Of a DNA stretch of 64,000 bases, positions 18,271 through 27,393 are shown one piece after another. This stretch comes from Eubacteriales bacterium (GTDB lineage: Bacteria > Bacillota > Clostridia > Oscillospirales > UBA644): the NCBI GenBank assembly GCA_045603745.1, contig JAZUMQ010000032.1, positions 7,133 to 71,132 of the forward strand. The letters run 5' to 3'. Position 1 is the first letter of the stretch. Every line of letters starts with the position of its first letter. Made by a program: the position numbers and the translations under genes. Under the pieces are notes generated by a model, which was not told the DNA's origin, made no database searches, and worked only from the letters and a program-made list of their open reading frames with translations.

Positions 18271-20322
18271 ATGGAATTGATCCTTTCAAAATATCTCGGC
18301 TATTGTTTCGGCGTAAACCGTGCCATTACCACGTTGTTCAAAACCATCGATGAACAACCGGACCGAACGTGTTATACCTACGGTCCCATCATTCATAACA
18401 AGCGTATTACGGATCAGCTCACCCAACGGGGTGTTGCGGTCATTGATGATATTACCCGCGCAGAACCCGGGTCCTTGGTTTTTATCCGGACCCACGGCGT
18501 TTCCTGTTCCGTTCTCCAAGCGTTAACGGAACGAGGCGTCGAATATATGGATCTGACCTGCCCCTACGTGCAAAAGATCCATAACATCGCGAAATCTGCG
18601 GATCGACTTCTCATGGTGGGGGATATTCACCACCCGGAAGTGATCGGGATTCTCGGTGATGCAAAAGGGGAATACCGTGCCGTCACTACCCTGGAACAAT
18701 TACGCACCGTTCTTCGGGGACAGCCGGAACTTTCCTATACCATGGTCGCCCAGACCACCTTCAATATGGAATTGTGGCTGGACATGAAAGCATACGTGGA
18801 ATCCTTCCGCACCGTAGACGGAACCTTGCTTGATGATGAAAATTTTCCCGTCAGCCCGGTTACCATCTGCGACACCATCTGTCATTCCACTTCCGATCGT
18901 CAAAAAGAGGTGGAAGAAATGGCAACGAACTGTGATTATATCGTCGTCATCGGCGACAAACACAGTTCCAACACCAAAAAACTCTATGAAATTGCGAGCA
19001 AATATTGTCCCGCATGTTATATAGAGGACGTTACTGAGTTACCACATTATTTAAGTGAGTATAAAAAAATCGGATTGGCTACCGGCGCTTCGACACCCGG
19101 CAGTACAATCGAGGAGGTCATAAACACCATGATGAATGAAAACAACAACGTCAATCTTATGGAGGAGGATATTGATTTTGCAGCGGCTCTCGAAGCGTCC
19201 CTGCAACTCACCCGTGTCGGACAGCGCGTCAGCGGTACGATCGGCGTCGTAGGTACGAATGAAGTCCAGGTCGAACTGGGCGGCAAACACACCGGATTTA
19301 TCCCTGCTTCCGAGTTCAGCGAGGAAGAACTTGCTGCTCTGAAAGCCGGCGATGAAGTCGAAGCATTCGTAATGAAGGTAAACGACGTGGAAGGCACCGT
19401 TCTTCTGTCGAAGAAGAAACTGGATTCCATGAAAGGCTTTGAAAAACTCGAAGCTGCAAAAGACAATAACGAAATCCTCACCGGAACGGTTTCCGAAGTC
19501 GTCAAGGGCGGTCTTGTCGTTTACGTCAACGCCGTTCGCGTCTTCGTTCCCGCTTCCCTCGCGTCTCTGAGAAAGGACACTGATTTGGAAGCCATGAAGA
19601 ATCAGGAAGTCCGTCTCCGCATTATTGAACTGGAAAATGCCGGTCGTCGTAAGAGAATTATCGGTTCCATTAAGTCCGTTCTGAAAGAAGAAAAAGATGC
19701 TGCTCAAGCAAAAGTCTGGGAATCTATCGAAGTGGGTAAGAAGTACGACGGTGTCGTTAAATCCCTTGCTTCTTTCGGCGCCTTCGTTGACATCGGCGGC
19801 GTAGACGGCTTGGTTCATATCACCGATCTGGCTTGGACGAAAATTAAGCATCCTTCCGAAATCGTAAAAGAAGGAGATTGCATCGAAGTCGAAGTCAAAG
19901 CCTTCGATCCCGAAACCCGCAAGATCTCTTTGACTTTCAAGAAGGCAAACGAAGATCCCTGGGCGATCCTTCCCCAGAAATATCAGGTCGGCGACGTGAT
20001 CCCCGTTACCGTTCTCAAGCTCATGCCTTACGGTGCTTTCGTTTCCGTCATTCCCGGGATTGACGGTCTGGTTCACATTTCTCAGATTGCAAATCATCGG
20101 GTTGAAAAAGTTGGCGATGCGCTGAAGGTCGGCGATGAAGTCGAAGCGAAGATCATCGAAATCGACTACGAAGCTAAGAAGGTCAGCCTTTCCATCAAAG
20201 CTACTTTGCCGGAAGAAGAAGCTACCGAAGAAGTTTTCGCTGAAGCGGAAGCTCCCGTGGAAGCAGCTGTTGTGGAATCTGAGGCCGAAGCCTCTGCTGA
20301 AGACGGTTCTGTTGAGGAATAA
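18271..20322 (+). CDS. ispH: Bifunctional 4-hydroxy-3-methylbut-2-enyl diphosphate reductase (IspH/LytB) / ribosomal protein S1-like fusion
   Basis: 683 aa; N-terminal about 285 aa LytB-like (YLGYCFGVNRAI, HNKRIT, TICHST), then four S1-type OB repeats (GxV..V..FGAFV.. pattern) and an acidic tail; ATG 18271 with GAGG SD. Confidence 0.9.
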   Translation: MELILSKYLGYCFGVNRAITTLFKTIDEQPDRTCYTYGPIIHNKRITDQLTQRGVAVIDDITRAEPGSLVFIRTHGVSCSVLQALTERGVEYMDLTCPYVQKIHNIAKSADRLLMVGDIHHPEVIGILGDAKGEYRAVTTLEQLRTVLRGQPELSYTMVAQTTFNMELWLDMKAYVESFRTVDGTLLDDENFPVSPVTICDTICHSTSDRQKEVEEMATNCDYIVVIGDKHSSNTKKLYEIASKYCPACYIEDVTELPHYLSEYKKIGLATGASTPGSTIEEVINTMMNENNNVNLMEEDIDFAAALEASLQLTRVGQRVSGTIGVVGTNEVQVELGGKHTGFIPASEFSEEELAALKAGDEVEAFVMKVNDVEGTVLLSKKKLDSMKGFEKLEAAKDNNEILTGTVSEVVKGGLVVYVNAVRVFVPASLASLRKDTDLEAMKNQEVRLRIIELENAGRRKRIIGSIKSVLKEEKDAAQAKVWESIEVGKKYDGVVKSLASFGAFVDIGGVDGLVHITDLAWTKIKHPSEIVKEGDCIEVEVKAFDPETRKISLTFKKANEDPWAILPQKYQVGDVIPVTVLKLMPYGAFVSVIPGIDGLVHISQIANHRVEKVGDALKVGDEVEAKIIEIDYEAKKVSLSIKATLPEEEATEEVFAEAEAPVEAAVVESEAEASAEDGSVEE

Positions 20323-20415
20323 CTCATTCCGTCCTGCATAAAATCGTAATAAGTCAGCGGGTGTGCGGCGGATTGTATCTGCGGCACACCTGTCATTTTA
20401 ATTGGAGGCGACGTT

Positions 20416-21372
20416 ATGGAAAAATCTGTCACCCTCGATAAAGTCATTGCGTCTGAACATCTGCAAATCGTCCATATGCCTGAATCTGCAGGGGAGAAGG
20501 GAGCAAAACGTCACGTCGTTAGCACCGACGTCAATCGCCCCGGGCTTCCTCTTTCCGGCTTTTTCGACCACTTCGATGCCAGCCGGATTCAGATTCTCGG
20601 GAATGTGGAAATGAGCTTTTTGATGGAGAAAACCTCCGAAGAACGCACCGCCGTTTTTGATGGTCTGTTTTCTCGGAATATCCCTGCCATCGTGATCACG
20701 CGTAATATTCCCATTCCCGAAGAATTACTTCAAAGCGCAATGCGGTATGAAATCCCCGTTTTGGCGTCCAATCGCCCGACTTCCCGCTTCATGTCTTCCT
20801 TGATCAATTACCTTAACGTTCAACTTGCACCCTGCATTACCCGGCACGGGGTTTTGGTCAGCGTGTATGGAGAAGGTGTTCTGATTTTAGGGGAAAGCGG
20901 CGTCGGAAAGAGCGAAACGGCAATGGAACTTCTGAAACGCGGTCATCGTTTGATCGCTGACGATGCGGTGGAACTTCGCGCCGTGTCCGATCTGACCATC
21001 GTTGGATCCGCTCCCGAACTGATCCGTTATATGATCGAACTTCGGGGGATCGGTTTGGTAGACGTTCGTCATATCTTTGGTATGGGTTCTGTTATGGACA
21101 CTTCCCGTATTGATTTTGTTGTCCAGTTGGAGAATTGGGACGAAACCAAGCATTACGACCGCCTCGGATTGGAAACTCAGGAATATGAAATTCTCGATCA
21201 TAAAATCCCCTCGGTTACCATTCCTGTTTGCCCCGGTCGAAACCTTGCCATTATTATCGAGGTCGCTGCTGCAAATAATCGCCAAAAGAGAATCGGTTAC
21301 AATGCCGCGGAGGAATTTAACCGCCGTCTTATGAAACACCTCAATGAAGTTTCTTCGGAGAATGAAGTATGA
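20416..21372 (+). CDS. hprK: HPr kinase/phosphorylase
   Basis: 318 aa; P-loop GESGVGKSE, LIADD, RGIGLVDVRHIFG signature. Confidence 0.93.
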   Translation: MEKSVTLDKVIASEHLQIVHMPESAGEKGAKRHVVSTDVNRPGLPLSGFFDHFDASRIQILGNVEMSFLMEKTSEERTAVFDGLFSRNIPAIVITRNIPIPEELLQSAMRYEIPVLASNRPTSRFMSSLINYLNVQLAPCITRHGVLVSVYGEGVLILGESGVGKSETAMELLKRGHRLIADDAVELRAVSDLTIVGSAPELIRYMIELRGIGLVDVRHIFGMGSVMDTSRIDFVVQLENWDETKHYDRLGLETQEYEILDHKIPSVTIPVCPGRNLAIIIEVAAANNRQKRIGYNAAEEFNRRLMKHLNEVSSENEV

Positions 21373-22259
21373 TTGCCTCATTTTGTACCGAAGCAGAGAT
21401 TCGTTTTGAAACGAATCTCCCCCTTTCGGAACATACCACTTTTCGTATCGGCGGAGTTGCAGATTTCGCCGTATATCCGAAAAATACCGAGCAAATGGCG
21501 AATTTGACCCGCTTTTTACATCAAAACAATCTGCGTCATTTTGTTCTTGGTAAAGGTTCGGATATTTTGGCAGACGATGAAGGATACCGAGGAATCCTCG
21601 TAATGACGCGGGAAATGAATTCCCTTTGTCGAGAGGGAAACCGCATCATTGCCGGTGCAGGTTGCAGTATGGCTTCCGTATCCAATCTCGCCCGAAAAGA
21701 AGGGCTTTCCGGATTGGAATTTTTACATGGAATTCCGGGAAGTATCGGCGGCGGCGTTTTCATGAACGCCGGAGCATACGGCTCCGAAATTTCCACCTTT
21801 ATCGAATCCGTGGAATGGGTCAGCGCTGATGGAACGGTTCACGTTTCGACCGCTTCGGAATTGGACTTTGCATATCGCCATTCCTATTTTTCGGATCACG
21901 TCGGGATCGTCTGTTCTGCGGTTCTATCCTGTGAACCGGGAGATCCTTCTCAAATTGCCACATTAATTACCGATCTGGATTCCCGCCGTCGGGAAAAGCA
22001 ACCTTTGGAATATCCCAGTGCCGGAAGCACTTTTAAACGTCCTGCCGGGTATTTTGCCGGAAAATTGATCGAAGATGCCGGCTTAAAAGGGTTTGCCGTG
22101 GGCGGTGCCTGTGTCAGCGAAAAGCACGCCGGATTTATCGTCAATAAAGGCGGTGCTACTTCCAAAGACGTAAAAGAGCTGATCCAACACGTGACGACAA
22201 CCGTATGGAATGAATTCGGTGTTCGGTTGGAACCTGAGATTCGCTTTTTGGAACAATAA
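21369..22259 (+). CDS. murB: UDP-N-acetylenolpyruvoylglucosamine reductase
   Basis: 296 aa; FAD-binding TTFRIGG, GKGSDIL, GIPGSIGGGVFMNAGAYG, PSAGSTFKRP. Confidence 0.93.
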   Translation: MIASFCTEAEIRFETNLPLSEHTTFRIGGVADFAVYPKNTEQMANLTRFLHQNNLRHFVLGKGSDILADDEGYRGILVMTREMNSLCREGNRIIAGAGCSMASVSNLARKEGLSGLEFLHGIPGSIGGGVFMNAGAYGSEISTFIESVEWVSADGTVHVSTASELDFAYRHSYFSDHVGIVCSAVLSCEPGDPSQIATLITDLDSRRREKQPLEYPSAGSTFKRPAGYFAGKLIEDAGLKGFAVGGACVSEKHAGFIVNKGGATSKDVKELIQHVTTTVWNEFGVRLEPEIRFLEQ

Positions 22260-22279
22260 AACGAAAGGAGAGAGGGAGA

Positions 22280-23179
22280 ATGTCCTATTCTTTTGACGTG
22301 AAGAAAAAATTGCTGTCTATTTCCGACGCTCCATGTTGTCGCAAAGCAGAATTGTACGGATTTCTTCTTTTCTCCAATACCGTTTCCGAATCGGAGATCC
22401 GTCTCTTGACTGCCTATCCCGAATTTCGTGCCCGATACCTGAATTTCTTAATGGAAGCCGGCGTGAAAAAATTTGAGTTGGCTTGCCAAGGAAAAACGGT
22501 AAAAAAATATCTCTGCCGAATTGCTCACCCTCGGGATCTGAGACTTTTGCGAGAATATTTGGGGGACGTTTCTTTTGCCTCACCCTTACATATTGATTCT
22601 TCGATTTTGCAAAAGGATTGTTGCCGACGTGCCTTCCTTCGGGGCGTCTTTATGGCGAACGGTGTAATGGTTTCTCCGGAAAAGAATTGCAGTATCGAAT
22701 TCAAAACCACCCACCACGTTTTAGGGGGAGAATTTTTTGATTTTTGTAAAAATGAATTCGATTTACTCCCCGGTTCCACCGTCCGAAACGGGAAAAAATT
22801 GATTTATTTTAAATCTTGGGACGCCATCAAAGATTTCGTTGCTCTTATCGGGGCCCAAGATGCTGTTTACGATCTTGCCAACCGGGAGATCGAACATTCC
22901 TTTCGCAGTACCGCAAACCGCCGGTTCAATTGCGATAACGCCAACATTCAACGTTCCGTTGATGCGGCGTCGGAACATCGGCGCGCCATTGAATTTTTGC
23001 GTTCCAAAGAGATTCCCCTTTCCGATGCTCTCTCCGAAATAGCACGACTTCGGCTGGAATATCCGGAAGATACGCTGTCCGCCCTGGGACAAAGATGCGA
23101 CCCTCCCATATCCAAAGCGGGAGCCGCACATCGTTTGAAAAAAATCTGCGCTTTGGCAGTGGAAAAAGGAGGTGCCTGA
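22280..23179 (+). CDS. whiA: DNA-binding protein WhiA
   Basis: 299 aa; MSYSFDVKKKLLSI...CCRKAELYGFLLF N-terminus, degenerate LAGLIDADG-like core (FLRGVFMANG), C-terminal HTH (ISKAGAAHRLKKI). Confidence 0.88.
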   Translation: MSYSFDVKKKLLSISDAPCCRKAELYGFLLFSNTVSESEIRLLTAYPEFRARYLNFLMEAGVKKFELACQGKTVKKYLCRIAHPRDLRLLREYLGDVSFASPLHIDSSILQKDCCRRAFLRGVFMANGVMVSPEKNCSIEFKTTHHVLGGEFFDFCKNEFDLLPGSTVRNGKKLIYFKSWDAIKDFVALIGAQDAVYDLANREIEHSFRSTANRRFNCDNANIQRSVDAASEHRRAIEFLRSKEIPLSDALSEIARLRLEYPEDTLSALGQRCDPPISKAGAAHRLKKICALAVEKGGA

Positions 23180-23180
23180 A

Positions 23181-26100
23181 ATGGGATTCGTTCATCTGCA
23201 CGTGCATAGTCAGTACAGTCTTTTGGACGGTATGTGTATCGTCGGCGAGGATAAAAAACATAACGATAAAATGATGGATCTGCTTCATGAATTGGGGCAG
23301 GACGCTATTGCCATTACCGACCACGGAAATATGTACAGCGCCATCAAATTTTATAAATCCGCAAAAAGCCACGGGATCAAACCCATTATCGGGTGCGAAG
23401 TCTACGTTGCCAACCGCAGTCGTTTCCAAAAAGAACGGGAATTTGACTCCGGCTATGCCCATTTGGTACTTCTTTGTGAAAACAATCAAGGGTATCAAAA
23501 TCTGATTCAGATCGTTTCCAAGAGTAATACCGAAGGGTTTTATTATAAACCCCGGGTTGACCACGAACTGTTGGAAGAATACCACGAAGGGCTGATCTGC
23601 CTTTCTGCCTGCCTTGGGGGAGAAATCCCTCAACTGATCCTCAACGGTCAGTATGAAGAAGCTAAAAAACTTGCTCTTTGGTACGAAGACGTTTTCGGAA
23701 AAGATCATTATTATCTGGAAATCCAGGATCACGGTCTTGCGGAGCAGAAACCGGTCATCGATGGGCTTCTCCGCATTCACGAAGAAACCGGGATTCCCCT
23801 CGTCGCCACCAACGACGCCCATTATATGCGCAAGAGCGATGCTAAGGCGCAAAAGGTGTTGCTTTACGTTCAAATTAAAAAGACAATTAATGAAGATTGC
23901 GGAATGGGTTTTGAAACCGACGAATTTTACGTCAAGTCGGAAGAAGAAATGCGTTCTCTTTTTGAATATATTCCCGAAGCCTGCGATAATACTGTGAAAA
24001 TCGCCGAAATGTGTAACGTGTCCTTTAAAAACTTAGATGACCCCGATCATCGGGAATACCATTTGCCTGATTATCGCACCCCCGATGACAAAGATCACTA
24101 CGAGTATCTCCGGGAATTGGCGTACCAAGGATTTGATAAAAAATATCCCGAACGCACCCCCGAACTGATCGAACGGTTAGAATATGAATTAAGCGTTGTC
24201 CACAAAATGGGATTCGTAGACTACTTTTTGATCGTCAGTGACTACGTTCGTTATGCCAAACGTTCCGGAATTCCCGTAGGGCCGGGACGCGGTTCCGGGG
24301 CAGGCAGTATCGTTGCCTACTGTATCGAGATTACCAACATTGAACCTATTAAATACAATTTGCTTTTTGAACGGTTCCTTAATCCGGAACGAGTTTCCAT
24401 GCCCGACTTCGACGTGGACTTCTGCGTGGATCGCCGTCAGGAAGTCATTGATTACTGTATTGAAAAATACGGTGCACAGTGTGTTGCTCAGATCGTTACC
24501 TTTGGTACGATGAAGGCAAAAATGGCGGTAAAAGACGTTGCCCGGGTATTGGAATTTACTCCCCAAGAAGCCAACTCCATCGCAAAATTGTTGCAGGATA
24601 ACATGAAGATCATGGATTCTGTGGAATTGGTTCCCGAATTGCGCGAAATGTATCGCAACGATCCTCGAATCCATGAATTGATCGACCTCTCCGCCAGCGT
24701 GGAAAACGCGCCCCGCCATACGTCGGTTCACGCCTGCGGTGTGGTTATTACCTATCCTTCCGTTGCAACGCACGTCCCTCTTGCCGTTCAGGACGGTATG
24801 CCCGTGACCCAATACGATATGGTCATCAATGAGGAATTGGGTCTTCTGAAAATGGACTTTTTGGGGCTTCGTAACCTTACGGTCATCGAAGACGCCTGCG
24901 TGCAAATTCGTAAAAAGGCCCCTGAATTTAATATCAATACCGTAGACATGGACGACGCTTCCACCTACCGTATGCTTTCCAACGGTTATACCGACGGTGT
25001 GTTCCAGCTGGAATCCGGGGGTATGAAAAAGACGCTGATCCAACTTCAGCCGAAGAATATCGAAGATATTACCGCCGTTATATCTCTTTATCGTCCGGGT
25101 CCGATGGAATCTATTCCCAAGTACGTCTTTAATAGCAACCACCCCGAAAAAATTACGTATCAGCACGAATTGATGCGCCCGATTCTGGAAGTCACCAGCG
25201 GTTGTTTGGTCTACCAGGAACAGGTCATGCAGGTGGTTCGTGACCTTGCAGGGTATTCCTTCGGTCGTGCCGACGTGGTGCGCCGTGCCATGGGTAAGAA
25301 AAAAATGGAAGTCATGGAGCAGGAGCGGGAATACTTTATCAATGGTAAATTTTCTGCTGACGGCACGATGGAATTGCCCGGTGCGGTTCGTAACGGCGTC
25401 CCCGCGGAAGTTGCAAACGAGATCTATGACGAAATGGTCGAATTTGCGAAATACGCTTTCAATAAGTCCCACGCCGCTGCCTATGCGTTTGTTACCTATT
25501 ACACCGCCTATTTGAAGTGTCATTATCCCGAAGAATATATGTCCGCCCTTCTCACCAGCGTTCTGGACAAGCCCGATAAAATGGTGGGATATATCAACGA
25601 ATGTAAACGTATGGGAATTCGGGTTCTTCCCCCTGACATCAACGAATCGGAAGTCAATTTCTCCGTTTCGGGGAATGATATTCGTTACGGCCTTTCTGCG
25701 GTCAAAAACGTAGGACGCGCCGTGGTTGAACAAATCATTGCGGAACGTCAGCAGGGCGGGAATTTCCTGAATTTCTATGAGTTCTGCGAACGTACCATGA
25801 AAGCCAGCCGAGACGTGGATTCCCGAACCGTGGAAAGTCTCATTCAAAGCGGAGCTTTCGATTCTTTCGGTTTGCGTCGCAAGCAGTTAATTACCGCGTA
25901 TGCCGACATCCGAAAATCCCTTCAGGTCTCCATTCGGGAAGAACAGGAAGGGCAGATCTCTTTGTTCGGCATGGCAACGGAGGACGATCGCAAGCACAGT
26001 GCTGCAGCCATTTACCGTTATCCCAACATTCCTGAATATTCCAAAAAAGAATTGTTGGCGTTGGAAAAGCAGGTGACCGGTCTGTACCTTTCCGATCACC

Positions 26101-26738
26101 CCATGAATGAATACGAGCCCCTCTTTGAATCCACCAATGCCACCCGCATTGCCGCGTTCAACGACGAGGACGAAGGGTTCAAGAATAACGATAAAGTTCG
26201 TGCTTTCGGAATTTTGACCAAAGTTACCCGAAAAATGACCAAAAGCGAGACCATGATGGCAATTCTGCAGTTGGAAGACCTGACCGGTTCTATGGAGGTT
26301 CTTGTTTTCGGTAAAGCCTACGAACGCCTTTCTCCCAAATTGAACGAAGACGATGTTGTGATCATTTCCGGAAAATTGAGCATAGAAGATTCTTTACGGG
26401 AAGACGATGAAGGAGAAGGTCGTGAGCCTGCAAAACTCATTGCTCAAGAGATCGAAACGGTCAGCAATCCCAACGAACCGATCGTCGTGCAACGAACGTT
26501 GCAGGATGTCAAACAACTGTACGTTCGGGTCAATTCCGACGATGCCGGACGGATTCGGGATACGATCGACTGTCTCCGCCAAAATCCCGGTCATAGCGAA
26601 GTTTTCTTCCATTTCCCCAATGAAAATCGTACCGTTCGGTTCAAAGATTCCACGGTAGATCCCAGTTGGACGTTGATGAGCCACCTGAAAGAGATTTTGG
26701 GTGATCGCAACGTTGCTATAAAGGTGGTGAAGAAATGA
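23181..26738 (+). CDS. dnaE: DNA polymerase III alpha subunit (DnaE type)
   Basis: 1185 aa; PHP domain FVHLHVHSQYSLLDG, polymerase core MPDFDVDF, GLLKMDFLGLRNLT, OB fold near the C-terminus. Confidence 0.96.
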   Translation: MGFVHLHVHSQYSLLDGMCIVGEDKKHNDKMMDLLHELGQDAIAITDHGNMYSAIKFYKSAKSHGIKPIIGCEVYVANRSRFQKEREFDSGYAHLVLLCENNQGYQNLIQIVSKSNTEGFYYKPRVDHELLEEYHEGLICLSACLGGEIPQLILNGQYEEAKKLALWYEDVFGKDHYYLEIQDHGLAEQKPVIDGLLRIHEETGIPLVATNDAHYMRKSDAKAQKVLLYVQIKKTINEDCGMGFETDEFYVKSEEEMRSLFEYIPEACDNTVKIAEMCNVSFKNLDDPDHREYHLPDYRTPDDKDHYEYLRELAYQGFDKKYPERTPELIERLEYELSVVHKMGFVDYFLIVSDYVRYAKRSGIPVGPGRGSGAGSIVAYCIEITNIEPIKYNLLFERFLNPERVSMPDFDVDFCVDRRQEVIDYCIEKYGAQCVAQIVTFGTMKAKMAVKDVARVLEFTPQEANSIAKLLQDNMKIMDSVELVPELREMYRNDPRIHELIDLSASVENAPRHTSVHACGVVITYPSVATHVPLAVQDGMPVTQYDMVINEELGLLKMDFLGLRNLTVIEDACVQIRKKAPEFNINTVDMDDASTYRMLSNGYTDGVFQLESGGMKKTLIQLQPKNIEDITAVISLYRPGPMESIPKYVFNSNHPEKITYQHELMRPILEVTSGCLVYQEQVMQVVRDLAGYSFGRADVVRRAMGKKKMEVMEQEREYFINGKFSADGTMELPGAVRNGVPAEVANEIYDEMVEFAKYAFNKSHAAAYAFVTYYTAYLKCHYPEEYMSALLTSVLDKPDKMVGYINECKRMGIRVLPPDINESEVNFSVSGNDIRYGLSAVKNVGRAVVEQIIAERQQGGNFLNFYEFCERTMKASRDVDSRTVESLIQSGAFDSFGLRRKQLITAYADIRKSLQVSIREEQEGQISLFGMATEDDRKHSAAAIYRYPNIPEYSKKELLALEKQVTGLYLSDHPMNEYEPLFESTNATRIAAFNDEDEGFKNNDKVRAFGILTKVTRKMTKSETMMAILQLEDLTGSMEVLVFGKAYERLSPKLNEDDVVIISGKLSIEDSLREDDEGEGREPAKLIAQEIETVSNPNEPIVVQRTLQDVKQLYVRVNSDDAGRIRDTIDCLRQNPGHSEVFFHFPNENRTVRFKDSTVDPSWTLMSHLKEILGDRNVAIKVVKK

Positions 26739-27067
26739 TCCGTATTCTTCCTTTCGCGTTGGATCGCGAGATGTTCTGTCTCTACGAAGATACGAAATTG
26801 CTTGCCAAATGCTACTATTCTTCTCAAACAGGGGAGATTATTTCTATCGAAGATTTGGATCCTGCCGCAAAACCATGGCATACTGCCTTGATCAAAGCGA
26901 CTATGAGCAGTTTGGAATACGCCGGAAGCACCGTGGCCTGGAGTAAAGAGTCCTCCTTGTTTCCCTTGTTAAAAGTTTTACGGTTTAAGCCGGAAGGGGA
27001 AGGCCGTATGGTAGTTTCCTTGATCGGCTATTTTGATACCGCTTGCGAATGTGGAAATCATTCCTAA
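26735..27067 (+). CDS. Hypothetical protein (110 aa), translationally coupled to dnaE
   Basis: ATGA start/stop overlap with dnaE (26735-26738); soluble; C-terminal CECGNHS; no family recognised with confidence. Confidence 0.55.
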   Translation: MIRILPFALDREMFCLYEDTKLLAKCYYSSQTGEIISIEDLDPAAKPWHTALIKATMSSLEYAGSTVAWSKESSLFPLLKVLRFKPEGEGRMVVSLIGYFDTACECGNHS

Positions 27068-27110
27068 AATAAATCGCTCTCTTCCGTAATGGGAGGAGAG
27101 CGATTTTTTT
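27066..27110. terminator. Bidirectional intrinsic terminator between convergent ORF 26735-27067 and the ferredoxin gene
   Basis: About 13-bp stem ATCGCTCTCTTCC / GGGAGGAGAGCGAT flanked by an A-rich run upstream and T7 downstream. Confidence 0.85.
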
Positions 27111-27111
27111 G

Positions 27112-27303
27112 TTACTTCCGGATTTTAATGACGTTGGTCGGACATTGTTCTTCTGCGATTTCCGCTTCACTTTTTACCTTTGCGGGAATTTCTTCCACTC
27201 GAACACTCGCCGCTTCCGCCCCTTCCTGACGGAAGACCGTGGGGCAAATATCGGCGCAAAGACCGCATTTGATACAACCGGATTTGTTGATTTCGGCTTT
27301 CAT
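27112..27303 (-). CDS. Small single-cluster [4Fe-4S]-type ferredoxin
   Basis: 63 aa from ATG 27303 (GGTGAGGTG SD 6 nt upstream); CIKCGLCADICP...EEQCP Cys pattern (CxxCxxC...CP). Confidence 0.85.
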   Translation of the reverse strand: MKAEINKSGCIKCGLCADICPTVFRQEGAEAASVRVEEIPAKVKSEAEIAEEQCPTNVIKIRK

Positions 27304-27352
27304 TTTTATCACCTCACCGAAGTTAGTTTTTCCTGAAAACCTTTTGCTATTC

Positions 27353-27389
27353 TTAAAAATACCGCACCTGATTTTGTCAGATGCGGTAT
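27353..27389 (-). terminator. Intrinsic terminator after htrA (minus strand)
   Basis: ATACCGCA / TGCGGTAT 8-bp stem; on the minus strand it is followed by TTTTTAAG. Confidence 0.65.
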
Positions 27390-27393
27390 GCTT

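Noticed and set aside
20359-20400. Possible terminator after ispH-S1
   Set aside because: It has only a 7-bp stem (GGTGTGC/GCACACC) with a 17-nt loop and a poor T tract. That is too weak to call.
24189-25847. Other very long antisense ORFs (24189-25847 in dnaE, 13444-15012 in valS, 38489-39877 in infB, 19051-20097 in ispH-S1, 35897-36922 in nusA, 15732-16751)
   Set aside because: Same explanation as for metG. All lie fully inside well-supported sense genes and lack SD/start signals and recognisable motifs.
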